NCBI GenBank assembly: GCA_012295275.1
Contig: CM022672.1
Location: 7,068,001-7,132,000 of the forward strand
DNA from: Chrysomallon squamiferum
Taxonomy: Eukaryota > Animalia > Mollusca
Direction of reading: 5' to 3'
Length of the DNA: 64,000 nt
Part shown: positions 1-12,691 of the stretch, one piece after another
How the letters are laid out: each line of letters starts with the position of its first letter
Position numbering within the stretch: the first letter of the stretch is position 1
Made by a program: the position numbers and the translations under genes
The notes under the pieces: model-generated
Databases searched by the model: none
What the model was told of the DNA's origin: nothing
The model's input: the letters and a program-made list of their open reading frames with translations, nothing else

Positions 1-173
1 GGCTTATTATTTCTGTACAATATTTATACCTTAAAAAAATCGGAAGAATATTTATTTATATTTATATTTATATTTAGCATGACTTGCAACTTTATAAACA
101 ATGCTCTGAGCAAAATTAAACCAGTGCAGTCATTTTCTTCCGGTAATTAACAAATGTAAAGAAATTAAGATTG

Positions 174-174
174 C

Positions 175-208
<34 letters not shown>

Positions 209-822
209 CTACTTTGGCATGTGATCTACAAGTTAAAGGGCGATCTACAGCATTAAAAAACAAACAGAAAAACGTATATCTAGGAAATTTCTATAATAAA
301 AGAGGAAGATCTTAAAATACTTAAGGATTAATGCATGATACACATGTAAGAACATCGCATCAAGGCAAACTTCATTTCTGAGTACATATATGATTTTTTA
401 TTCATTCCGACGAATAGCCTGAATACTCAATTTTAAATCGTCTAAATTTCCAATACTCAACCAATTCAAAGAACCTGGTCGGATTTGAAAATTCGTACTT
501 TGAACAAGATGAGAGAAGTGAACCAAAGAACCTTCCAATCACACCCTGAATATTTCTGTTGGCTACAGATGAGGAAGAAGGCTGAAGATGTTTTACCTGC
601 ATTTCTAGCAGATGTTCGTTTAATTCATCAATAAAATTATTCAAATAATAAGTATTCTTTTTACACCTTGTTTCTATAAATTATAAATATATAAGAAAAA
701 AATTAATATATGCCGTTTAATTTATGCCGTGAAAAAAATAACAAAATAATAATTAAAATAGCGCGTAGATGACACATCTAAGTAAAACTTCCATGGTGTA
801 GATCACACGCCAAATAGCACTG
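174..822. mobile_element. Putative non-autonomous TIR element (MITE-like), copy 1
   Basis: GTGCTACTTTGGCATGTGATCTACA (206-230) is an imperfect inverted repeat of TGTAGATCACACGCCAAATAGCAC(TG) (797-822). GATCTAC/GTAGAT recurs subterminally. A TG microsatellite appears to have expanded inside the left end (CAGTG at 174). No clear TSD. Confidence 0.5.
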
Positions 823-1282
823 TTAATTGAAGTGATCAATGTAATATCTGCTTTGAAAATTATAAAATGTTTAATTTCACCTGTATTTCATTACTTGGTA
901 ATAAAGATAACATAAAAATTTGTGATTCACGTGTTTCTTAATTCACTGTTGCCGTTTCAATGTAACATGTAAAGTATCTTGTAAAACTTGACTTAACTAT
1001 TAAACGTCCCATATTTTATTTTCCTATGTGTTACAATACAGCTTTAGTAATCAGATAAATATCACATTAACACATTTCTACTACTTTTTTCATTTATTAC
1101 TTTTCGGATCCACCGACTTCAATTCTATCATCTACAAAAATAAAAATAATTGAGATTTGGTTATTTTTAATCTTAATTTTTCGTGTCAATTTATATGTAG
1201 ACAATGTTTCTACATCTCGAAAATAATTTTTCGCATCAGTTATGTTGTCGTCGTCCATATTGTGAAATTAATTTCCGTTTAG

Positions 1283-3118
1283 TATGTAAACAGTAAATTC
1301 ACTTTTAATGAATGTTAGAAGAGTTAATGAGATGGGTGGTTTTGCATACCATGAAGCAGCGATTCAATGTCAGCGGAAAAGAAATGCGGAACTTATCATT
1401 TAATTCATCATTGCATTGCGTATCTACCAACTCTATATGCAAGGAAGCTGTTTAATCATCCACTGGGATTTCAAAAGGGGCGCTGAACAATTTGAAATGT
1501 GCAGACGGTGGTCGGAGACAAATTCTTTCCGCAGTGAGGTGATGACTGCAGCACAAGTCTTCAAGACGATATCAAGAAATGAACAAGCAGCAAGACGAGT
1601 AAAATGCTGAAATTGACAATTAGACAACAGGGATTCCCACAACCGTAGTTTCACTTCAAATGCTGTGAGTACATACATCACTGGAACAAGAATGTCCTTA
1701 CCTTTCAAACTGACACTGACAATTTTGAGGTGTGTGGTGATATGCATGAGAAAAGCCAAGCGGGAAAGCCATTTTTAGTCTGTAAAATTATCAACATAAG
1801 GGAGGTTCTTCTCATGATGAAAGGTGAAAATTACTTGTTGCAAGTCCCCTACACGAGACAGCGTGGCTCCATGACTCAGCCAGCGCACTTCAGAAAAGTA
1901 GGTCAGGTCTCCGTAGTGCGCATTGACTTCGTGTATCAGTACATACCAGGAACTGGCGATATTTCAGACTGAGAAAGTTCGGAATTGACAACCTTCACTA
2001 CGGTTGACATGACAAAGAGTTCAGACTTGGCGCACACAGATTCTTGGTGGATGATGCAGTGCAGTTTATGGATGGTCTGATTGTGTCCAAGAGCCTCACA
2101 TTGGCGAACGAGCAAAGAAGCCCCACCTTTATTCTCTCCGATCATTGCCGGTGTCCCATCAGTTTCCACACTTAGAAGACGGGAGAGATCAAGAGATTGA
2201 TGCTCCACGCACTGAAGTAAGGCACTGAGCATGTCTTTTCCACTGGTGGTGTCATGTAGTGGATCAATCTCCAAGAACTCTTCTCAATCACCTCGAGGGC
2301 AGAAGTGACACCACGTATGAAAATAGCCAGTTTGGCTGTGTCTTTCATATCAGTGCTCTCGTCAAGATCACGAGAGAAGGCGACAAAGGTTGAGTACTTA
2401 CTCTTTAATGAGTCTTACACAATGTCTGATATCTTCTCAACTCAGCGACCAATAGTACGAGACGACAGACTCATATTTTCCATGACTGAACGTTGTTCTG
2501 GGCAGACAGAATTCACCACAGTCATGAGACATTCCTTGACAGAGTCTTCATCAGGAAATGGCTTCATCCTTTGAGCAAGGAGTAGTGAAACTTCGTAACT
2601 GCCCCGTGCCACTTTTTTATGCTGAGATATCTGTTTACGAAACATCAAAGTGCCCTTTTCAAAACCGCCTGACAGTTTTGCGATGGTATCCTTTTTCTCC
2701 GCCCACTTAGAGTTGAATATTCGACTTTCCATATCCACTTCTCTCCGTTTTAAATGCGAGGTTGCGGACATGACTGACTGGGGGAAAATGATAGATAGTA
2801 AAAAGCAAAAACGCAAAACCCAGTTCTGCTCGTGACAGCAAGAAGTTAGCGTTGTTCAATTCGGCCGCGTGTGTAAATGAGACATCGTTATAGTTTGCAT
2901 ATTTTCAACTGAGTGAAGCAGGCAGCCATTAATTCGGATGCGGGCACTACTGATTCGACGAGCACCTTCTAGACGCCTTATATTTTAAACTTGAGAGCGA
3001 CTTGAATAAAAAAAATAGCTACGTCAACTGATTTATTTCATTCACTTTTATTTTGCCGGATGGCAATGTTGATTGTGAACACTTTGGCGGGAAAGCCAGT
3101 AAAGTTGGCCCGCCACTG
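1283..3118 (-). mobile_element. Decayed hAT (Charlie/Buster/SPIN, GTF2IRD2-like) DNA transposon with its left end deleted
   Basis: Minus-strand ORF fragments carry hAT motifs (DESTD, TDGTPAMIG, LHCIIHQE, AFEVKLRLW). The end ...GCCCGCCACTG at 3118 is followed by GTCTAGAT. The other TIR is lost in a deletion relative to copy 2. Confidence 0.85.
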
Positions 3119-3254
3119 GTCTAGATAAATAAATAAATAAATAAATAAATAAAGGGAAATAACTGCCCTTTAAAATATTTATTTCTGTTAAAGGTAAATA
3201 AAATTTAATATACTTCTTGATTTCGTAAATTGCCCCACTTTCTATGTGTCACTC

Positions 3255-3256
<2 letters not shown>

Positions 3257-3314
<58 letters not shown>
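3257..3314. repeat. (TG)n microsatellite
   Basis: Directly visible dinucleotide run; a shorter run sits at the equivalent place in copy 2 (~29195-29228). Confidence 0.95.
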
Positions 3315-3317
<3 letters not shown>

Positions 3318-3444
3318 TGTGTGTTCGTGTAAGAGCGCTTCTGAAATTTGAATTTACCGCCCCAAATTCGATAATTATGTTGATTTCCGGAATTGGGAGT
3401 TATCGGTCTTTAGTCGATCAAAGTCCGATAGCAATCTTTTCCTT

Positions 3445-3460
3445 GTTTCACTTTCGTTTT
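3445..3460 (+). promoter_or_regulatory. ISRE/IRF-binding-like element at the putative 5' end of the PARP14/DTX3L-like gene, copy 1
   Basis: GTTTCACTTTCGTTTT; the reverse complement AAAACGAAAGTGAAAC matches GAAANNGAAA. It lies ~70 bp before a likely first-exon donor (G|GTAACC, GT at 3527) and is identical in copy 2. Confidence 0.6.
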
Positions 3461-3949
3461 ACTCAATTTGTTCATTTTGCTTGAAGAAATCGGTTTTAAT
3501 CAAGATCTTTCAAAGAACAGAAACTGGTAACCAACTTCAATCCCGAAATGCAATGATTAAATGCAAAGAAATGTTCGAAATTTATAAGCTTCTCGTGAAA
3601 CTGTTCTGATCAGACCGAAGAAATCTGCTTGTGAAGACATTTTAGCAAAGCTATTCAAATTTTCATTTAAGAACCAATATTTAAGTTTCATAATTATTGT
3701 TTTCAATAACGTTTATCTTTAATAATTTTCTTCTTGTTATCATTTATTTATTTATTTAAATTTGGTATAGCAGTTGAAAATATTACTACAGGTTATAGCG
3801 AATTACGTTCACACACAATTGTTATTAATGTATTGATGAGTATGAAGGCAAAATCTAAAAACATTTCAATAATACTTTATTGTTTATGCACACTAATCTT
3901 GACTATTGGATGAGTACATTTTCCACCATAGCACTTTGTTTATGGAACA

Positions 3950-3953
<4 letters not shown>

Positions 3954-4030
<77 letters not shown>
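3954..4030. repeat. (CT)n microsatellite in the putative first intron
   Basis: Directly visible; explains the RERERE/SLSLSL ORFs. Confidence 0.95.
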
Positions 4031-4034
<4 letters not shown>

Positions 4035-4469
4035 TTGTTTGTTTGGTTGTTACTTTTCTTGATTTGTGTTTCTTTTGTAATAATGTAATACTGCAATTAT
4101 ATAGAATCTTTTCATCACAAAGTCTCTCTTGATTGTGTGTGTCTCTAGGCCATATTAATCCTGCTTCTAGAAAAATGTTATTTCTTTTAATATTATACAA
4201 AATGCAGTATATGTTGAAAAATGACAATAATGAAAATGAATATGAAACTCAGCAGCTAGTCTTCTCAGCACAACAGATTAACAATTAAAATGTTTATTTT
4301 ATATGTTTATATCCATATTTGTAGACTGTCATGATGAGCTGGTAGGATGAAATCTTCTTTTCAGTTTATATTATTTATTGTTTATACTTATTCCAACATA
4401 ATGTTAAAACACATTATCTACATGGTTATGTTTGGTTTCAGTATGTGACTGAATGTTTAATGAACTGAG

Positions 4470-6479
4470 ATGTCTGCAAAGCACAGAAATACAGATTTAT
4501 TTTACAAAGACAATGAACACAAGACCATCGAGGTCCGAGGTTTCCTAGCAGAAACAAGTGATGACACACTTAAATGTTATTTTGAAAATCCTAGGAAAGG
4601 TGGAGGAGAAATTGCAGACTTCCTCAGGTTTGATGACGATAAAGTTGCATACATCACCTTTGCCGATGCTCAGGGTAAATAAGTATTATTGTCTTTTACA
4701 ATATGTACTTGTATACATATATATTCACATATTGGTTGTTTTTTTCTGTGTACTGGTAAAGTCTAAGAGCTAAAACAATAACTAGCAGGACATTTTTCTC
4801 CCAAACTGTATATGATAATAAATGTCCACTGATTATAAAGAAACAGATTATAAACTCTTTATTTTTTTCTGTACTATTTTATTGTTATTTAAGGTAACAT
4901 TATTATTTTGTTTCGTTTTTGAATGTAATATATATATATATATATATATATATTTTCATTATTCTTCAGTTGCCAGAAACATTGTTGGACAACCTCACAA
5001 GATTGACAATGTTGGACTTCAAGTACAGCTTATCAGTCAACCTGCTGAACAAAAACCTCTTCTCCTGTACACTGACAGGTTATTAATTAGTGGTATTAAT
5101 GAATCTACTACAAAAGATTGTTTGATAAATTATCTGGAAACCAGAAGTGACTGTGACATTGCTGATAACAACATTGTGTTTGGAGACAAGAAGGGACATG
5201 CAGTTGTCATATTTGATCAAATTCCAGGTGAACTTTCTGTTGTTACATATTCAGTTTTTTCTTCATTAGTTTGTTGTGTTTTATTCCTTTGTCTTTTCCT
5301 TTCTATATTATCCTTACCAAAATGTACTTTTCTCAGAGTAGCTAAATGAAAATACTAGAAATCTATCAACAGAGATAGGATTGTATTGTCCACTGAAATG
5401 TTTAAAATATTTGACAGCTTTGTGAAAAATGAAAACTTACTAAAAATATATTTGCTTTATAAAACAAGAATTTCTGCTGATTAAATGATTTATAGCATTC
5501 CTATTTTGTGAGTTAAAAAAAAGAAAACATTTTAATTTTTATTTCTTTATGATTAAATACAGCTTTAATGTTTATCACTTGTTGTTGTTCAGCATTCAAA
5601 TCAAATATAAATGTTGATATAATTTTGAAGAAGTCATACAGCTGGATTATAAATGTCATCTCAGTAACTTTGTGACTGTCAGAATTCTCATATTTCAGTG
5701 AAATTCTTTCCATGATATAGGTCATCATAGGTAGATAAAATGTGTCAAAAGCTGCGTGATTCATGTTTGTAATAATGTAGTAACTTGGCTCAACATTGAG
5801 CTGGATAGATAATTATTGACTCTGATGAAAAAAACTATTATTAATTAAAAGAGAAAAATCAAAAAAAGTGGATTGGCTAAATAGGTAATGTCACAGAAAA
5901 AGAATAATGATAACAGTTACACACAAGTATACATGCCTATATCTAAGTTTAATGATTTTGAAAGATTTTAACATTTCAAAAATTTGGTTAAATTGATAGT
6001 TATGATACATGAGCTGGAAGATTCCCTTATAAAAAAGACCTGGAAGATATAATTTATTGAAGATCTGAATGACCAGTGTTGTAGAAATGAAAGTTTACAA
6101 TGAATGACCCATTTTACCTATGGGTTTTGATAACTTTTTTCTTCTGTTACTATTAATTATTTTCATAATTATTTTTTCTTATCTCTTTATTTTATAAATC
6201 AAAGTGGTACACTACATTGCTTTTTGCCTTCTTCAGACCTGGAGAAACTACAAGAAAAATGTGCTAAAAAATCACTAGAAGGATCACAACTGACAGTCAG
6301 CCAGATTCCAGTTAATCCTGTGATGATTGTGCGAGGTCTAAGTGAGAACACTGATGAAGAGACGCTGTGTAACTATTTTGAAGGGAAACGTTCGGGGAAT
6401 GTGGCAGGTGTTGAGGTTGACAAAGTGAAGATGATGTTTGATGAAGGTTACTGCCTTGTGTATTTCAAAGACTATTCAG
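4470..6479 (+). CDS. Three PARP14/PARP10-type RRM exons (4470-4674, 4970-5227, 6237-6479), copy 1
   Basis: Motifs TIEVRG..DTLKCYFENPRKGGGEI..AYITF, LLISGINESTTKDCLINYLE and IVRGLSENTDEETLCNYFEGKRSG are typical of macro-PARP N-terminal RRMs. Confidence 0.85.
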
Positions 6480-8233
6480 GTAAAATAATTCAATTCACTG
6501 AAAGACCATAGTTTCAATTGCATATCTTAAATTATGATAAGCATTTTCTATTTGTTGTTATATGCAAAATGTATCTGAAATATTTTAATTCATATCTGAA
6601 ATGACACATATTGTCTTTCCAGTAATTGAACAGATCCTGACTGTAGATAAAGATAAAGGTCACAGGCTTAATGATGCTCATCTCGATGTTTCTGTTTTCT
6701 ACGAATGTCTGTTTGTTAAGCGAGAAGATGACAAGTTGTTTAACAGACCAACTCCACTGGTGATTAAGAATCTTGATAAATACAAAGTAAATTTTATCAA
6801 AGAATCAAAATTATCAAAACAACTACTTCAGAAAAACCTTGAACTTTGCCATGCTGATTTGTGCTGGTCAGATGGAGATGACACTTCAGTTATGCTAAAA
6901 TGTATCCTAACAGACAAGATCAAAAATGCTCATATGCTTTCACAAAACTGGGCTGATAATGCAGAGAAAACTCTACAGAAACATTTCAGTTCTCTGCTAG
7001 TTGAAACTATTTCTGTTTCACAAGAGATTATGGATGAACTGGTAAAAAATTTTGATACATCCATAACTGAAGATGTCAGAATTTTTGTTTTGAAAGAACT
7101 TTCAACAATAGTTGTTGCTGGACACTCAGACCCTGCTCTAAAATTAGCTGAACAACTGAAATTTACAATTAAAAATACAGAAGATGCATATGAAAGTAAA
7201 AACAAATAAAAGAAATTATTCATGATCTCAAGATAATCGAGTTACAACTACTCCAGGTGAGTGGTTTTCCTCAAAAGATAATGAACAAGTTTCCTGGACT
7301 GACTGTTGACATTTGCATTGAGAAAACTGAAATATCATTTAATGGAACACAAGTTGATATTTTTAAAGCTATTGCTGATATGTACAAATCATTTAAGGAT
7401 ATAAAAACATCCAAAATAAGCAGTTTCTCTGATAACCAATTGCAACTGCTCCAGAAGCAAACTGTCCGAGAATACATTGAAAAGAAAATATTTGGAAAAA
7501 ATCTAGTTGGGGTATGGGAGCTGTCTGATGGTCAGGTTTCAGTATTTACATTCAGTGATGCTGATGAACTTTCAAGGATGATTAAGGAATCAGTAGTTGA
7601 GAAGAGTGTGGACCTGGAAGCTGAAGCTGTTACTCTGTTATCATTAGACACATGGGAGGTCTTTACAACAGAACTGTCAGAGAAACACGACGTAGAAATC
7701 CTTCACAAACATGATGAAAACACTATTACTGTTACCTCCACAGACAATAGAATTGAGGTTGTAATTGACAAAATACATCAGTTCATTTCAGAAAATGCTC
7801 CATTCAGTCAAACTCTCAAGTTTGACTTGGGAATTCAGCACTTCATTCAGCAGTTTTGTCACAATGAAATAAATCAGATAATGTCAGACTTGAAAGATCT
7901 GCTGGTACAAATAGAGTATACATCTGATGGTAATGAATTTATCATAACAGCTACAAAGAAGGGAATAAGTTCAGCAGTGAAAAGACTGCGTGATTTGGCC
8001 AGTACAGTCAAACAGAAAAATCATACACACAAAAGGCCAGGTGTAACAAAAGTTCTTCAGTCACAGAGAGGAATTCAGTTTATTGCTGGTCTTGAACAAA
8101 GAGAAAGGTGCATTATTCAAGTAAAATGCAACAGCAGTATAAAAATATCTGAAGAAAATTCTCAAAACCTGGGTTTCACAACTTCCACAAGTAGAGATGC
8201 TAGAGGTAATGTTCTTTTGTCTGGATGCAAAAT

Positions 8234-8288
<55 letters not shown>

Positions 8289-11200
8289 AAAAAAGAAAAA
8301 AGAACTGAACTTGCAAAATAAAATATTTTTTCTTCTGATTTACAGATTATAATAAAATTTCACATTTTACTTTACAAATAAAAGTGAGTTAAAAGTTAAT
8401 AAAAAGATAATCATTTAAAAAATCTTTTTATAGTATCCCTATTTACATTTTTCTGAACCTTTTTTCATTCTTGTTTTGTTCTTTAATATAACTTACATAT
8501 GGCTAATTTCTTAATGTCAGAAAATATTATTTTCTTGTTAAATTTCTTTCACTCCAAACAGTGATGAATTTTTCTATAAATGTTTTTAATGTAGAAATGC
8601 TTGAGTCGTCTGATGTGGCTAGTATGAAGCAACATGATTTTGAAAATGAGAAGACAGTAGAGGTATGGATTCTCCTTATTTTTTAAAATGTGTTGGCAAT
8701 TTAACATATTAATCTTTTATAGTTGTCTACTTTCAGAATTATGTTTTTCTAAATTATTGATATTTAGGTTCATTTGTTTCAATACATTTTAATTATGTCC
8801 AATCAAAACAAAGGCAATGAGTTTCTGTCTCACCCACTAATGAAGGACAAAAATATCAATGGACAACAAAAATTAAAAAACAAAAAGAATTGTATAGCTA
8901 AAACTTTGTTATATTTTATATCTAGAAAGAAATCAGATTTATACTGAAATTATTTTTATAAAAAGATTTCATAAAAATAATAATTACCTTAATAAAAATG
9001 CAGTGAAACAAAAAATAAAGTTAATTTTTTCAAATTAAGTACCTGTATTTACAACAGAGCTACTTATACTCAAAATGTATTCAAAGTTTTTCAGTTTTGT
9101 TAATTTTAAAATGAATAAATAATGTGTATTGTTTGTAAAAGATGCATATTTATTTATCTTTTATTTGGGAAATGTACACATTTTGCTACTCTAGACTTTT
9201 AATTTCTAAACTTAATTCTTATATTTTAAACTTGTTTTGGTTGGAGATTTTGTATTTTCTAATTTTCGATCAAAGTTACCATTATAATAGTTTTATTTGT
9301 TAAAGCATTATTCATTTAAGTTTTTGGATGGTTGTTTCTGAATTCAACCAACTGTATTTTGGTAAAGTAAGCAAATAAATAAAGACAAGTCAAAATTCAT
9401 GATTGCAGATTAGGATAATTTCTATTATTTGCATCAACAATTACAAATATAAATTAAACATTCTCTTTGGGTTTCTTTACTGCTGAGTTTTTAAAATTTA
9501 ATTAAAATGTATCTAGACCATTTATGAGTAGTTTTTGATTTGGGAATATTTTAATTCCTCAAAATGATGGACATGAACAGCTGTTTGATCTGACAGTCTC
9601 TGTTATATTCTAGCTAAAACATATCCAATAGTGTCAACCAATACATTCCACTGTATTTTCTTCCTTTCCTCTTCATCAAGGTGAAATACCATTTCAACAT
9701 ATTTACAGAAATACATTTTCAAAAGAACCCTTTTAGCCTTAATTCATCATTAATTTTTTGATTTTGACTAAATGAATCAAATACATTATAAATATATTTG
9801 TCAATGCACTGTAATTTCATGGATTCAGTTCCAATATAAAAAGTAAGCAACAAAAGATTATATTTCAAATAATAACTAATGTCTTCATCAAAATTTCATC
9901 ATAAAAATCCAAAATTAACTGTCAGCATTTATGTGTGTGTTTTCTGTGTTATCCTATTTTTTTTTCATTTGGGATTTTTTCATTCACATTTCTTTATGAA
10001 CATTTTGATCAACAGTCTATTAATATATGATAAAACAAATATTTTCTTTTCTTAAAAGTTGATAAAGAAATTTGATTATCCATCTGTGTATATGTATAAA
10101 CCTCTGTTATCTTTTTTATTTAATTATTTTATTAATGAATATAAAAAAAATAATTGTATAAAACTACTGATGTAAGAATTTTAATTTCAGCATTCTGTAC
10201 AAGGTGACAGTGGAGTACACACTGATGCAGGCTTGTCAGGTGATCAAAAACCAACCCGTAGAAACAGAATATTTAACCATCCATCCATGGCAACAGGTAA
10301 ATAGGAATATAATCACTTTAAACAAATCACCTTTGATACAACACATCAAAACGTTTCATATGTCAAGCATTATTAGTGGTTTAAGAACAGGATGAATATT
10401 GCCAAATGTATTATAAGGTAAATATCATTAACTATATACAGAATAAAATAATCCAAACTGCATGTCTCTTCGTTGAAAGTTATAGTGATTTTACCATTAT
10501 CCATTGACCACCAAAAAGGGTACAAATCTACCAGTTGAAATGTCCCTCAACTGATTTTGTAAACTTAAGACAAATGGCTCAACGACTTTTATTATTATCT
10601 GAACTAGCCAGATATTCAATCAAGTTTTATGTTTCTCTTTGTAATATTAATGCCATTTTAGTTGAATGTTTTATTTATTTTTTATTTTTAGCTCAGTTTG
10701 GAGAATGTTGCCATGAAAACAAAGATGTTTCTGAGGTAACCAGCCAAATAGTTGATTATGAAGATATCTCTGAAATTTTTCTTTGCTATTTCTCTGATGA
10801 AATTCAGCATGCTGAACAGTGCATTCAGTTCATAGAAAAATTTTGTGCAGAGGAAACGACAGAAAAAAAATTAGAAGATAAAACACTGAAAATACTGAAT
10901 TCATCACAGGTGCCATTTCTTAATACTTATTTTCAAATTGTTGATTTGAGGTGAAAATCAGTTTCAATCAGCTTTAAACATTGTGTGTTTTACATCCAAA
11001 CAAGAAAAATACATAAAGGAAATATAATTAAAAATTTAAAGTAAATTTAAAAAAAATAATAAAAGCAATAAAATTTAAAAAGAGAAAAATTTGGGTTTAA
11101 CTTCAACAAATCAATACCTATTAATTTTTCCTTCAAACCTTTATTAGTTTTCAAATATTTTTGGTATGATCATCATAATTTAACTATGTCAAACTTGAAA

Positions 11201-12195
11201 CCTATTGAATTCATTATTGTTACTATCCTGTGATCTGAAAAATATGTCACCATGATAAAGCCAAATATCATTTTATCCTTTTTCTTGTTCAGCGAAGTGA
11301 CTTCTTATTATCTGCAAACAACAGTCTGTTCTCTATGCCAAAATTATCATATTTTGTACTTTCTTGTTTCTTTTATTTAAGTGTAAAAGAATCCGGAATC
11401 TTGAAAATATTTATCAAGTGAAGATGATACTGCAGAAGGAGATTGGACAAGTTTGCATTCAGGGATATCACCAAGATGTTTCAGATGCATTTGATGTTGT
11501 AATCAGTATCCTGAGAGAAGCTGATCATTTTAAGAGTGAATGTGAAAAAGCTGCGATACTTTCAAACCAGGCTCAGTGGTACTTCACTGATAAAGAACAA
11601 GAAACTCTTATAAAGTACGATAAAGATGTGAATGGCACTATAGAAAAAGCACATTATGATGGCTTTCCCACAGTCAGTTTGCAAGCTGGCAGGTTTAAGT
11701 ACATCATAGACTTTCAGAGCATAGAGGAATACCTTGCTGATAACAAATATGATTCTGTGAAAGTTGTTCGTGTGAATCTTATCAAAGGTAAAAATAGTTT
11801 CTTGCACATAAAATCATTACATATTTAGGTTAATGGTTTATTAAATGTGCAAAACCTAAAAAATTAAACACTTTTTATTTCTATCTGACAGATTCAAATG
11901 TCAAAACAATAAAACACACACACACACGTACACATATGCATTTTTGTAACAAATATGTAAATGAGTTTTATTTGTGTTTTGTCTGTTACAGTTCAGGATG
12001 AAACAACATCTGAGTTAGAAACTGTCAAAGACTCCAGAGGTGTTCAGAAAAAGTAAGTTACAATTTTAAAGGATTATCATATTGGACATAATAAATCAGA
12101 TAGTTATAAATTTCTGTCAAATATAGGCACAAATGAGAGACAAATACAAAAATGCCAGTTTGTATGACAAATATAATTATGATGAACATATGTGT

Positions 12196-12246
<51 letters not shown>

Positions 12247-12642
12247 GGGTTTGGGATCATCTCATTCAGCACATAGCAGTTGTGGTGAGTCTGTCAGTGA
12301 TCACACAAAACAAGTTGCTGGAACTACCAGCAGGTTTGTATGTTTTGCTTATATAGTGAAATAATTAATGGGTTTCTTTTCAAATCATATTATTAAATAG
12401 CATAGCATAAATATTCCAAAGCATTTAGACCACCTCATCACCAAGAAAGATATGATGTTCTTGATAGGATGAAATCATGAAGCTGTCTCAAAGATAGTGG
12501 AACAAAATACCACATGGTTAAATAAATCTCTGAACAAATATCTAAATATTGTCTTTCAATTTCACTCAAAAATAAAATGACTTTTGTTGCAACCCAGTAG
12601 ACTATTTTAGATAGGATCTTTTTATTTTAATACCAAAAAATA

Positions 12643-12691
<49 letters not shown>

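Noticed and set aside
1416-2835. Plus-strand ORFs over the hAT element, and a domesticated GTF2IRD2-like gene
   Set aside because: The ORFs are antisense shadows; the transposase has multiple frameshifts and deletions in both copies and retains TIR/TSD, so it is a TE fossil.
3151-3170. GGGAAATAACT as an NF-kB site (also reversed at ~62750)
   Set aside because: Poor fit to the 3' half of the kB consensus; more likely a common dispersed short motif.
3230-4227. ORFs with VCVCVC, SLSLSL and RERERE runs
   Set aside because: Translations of (TG)n and (CT)n microsatellites.
7254-7262. Consensus donor CAG|GTGAGT inside the large KH exon as an explanation of the frameshift
   Set aside because: It lies downstream of the TAA in the upstream frame, so splicing here cannot rescue the frame; the sequence after it is clearly coding.
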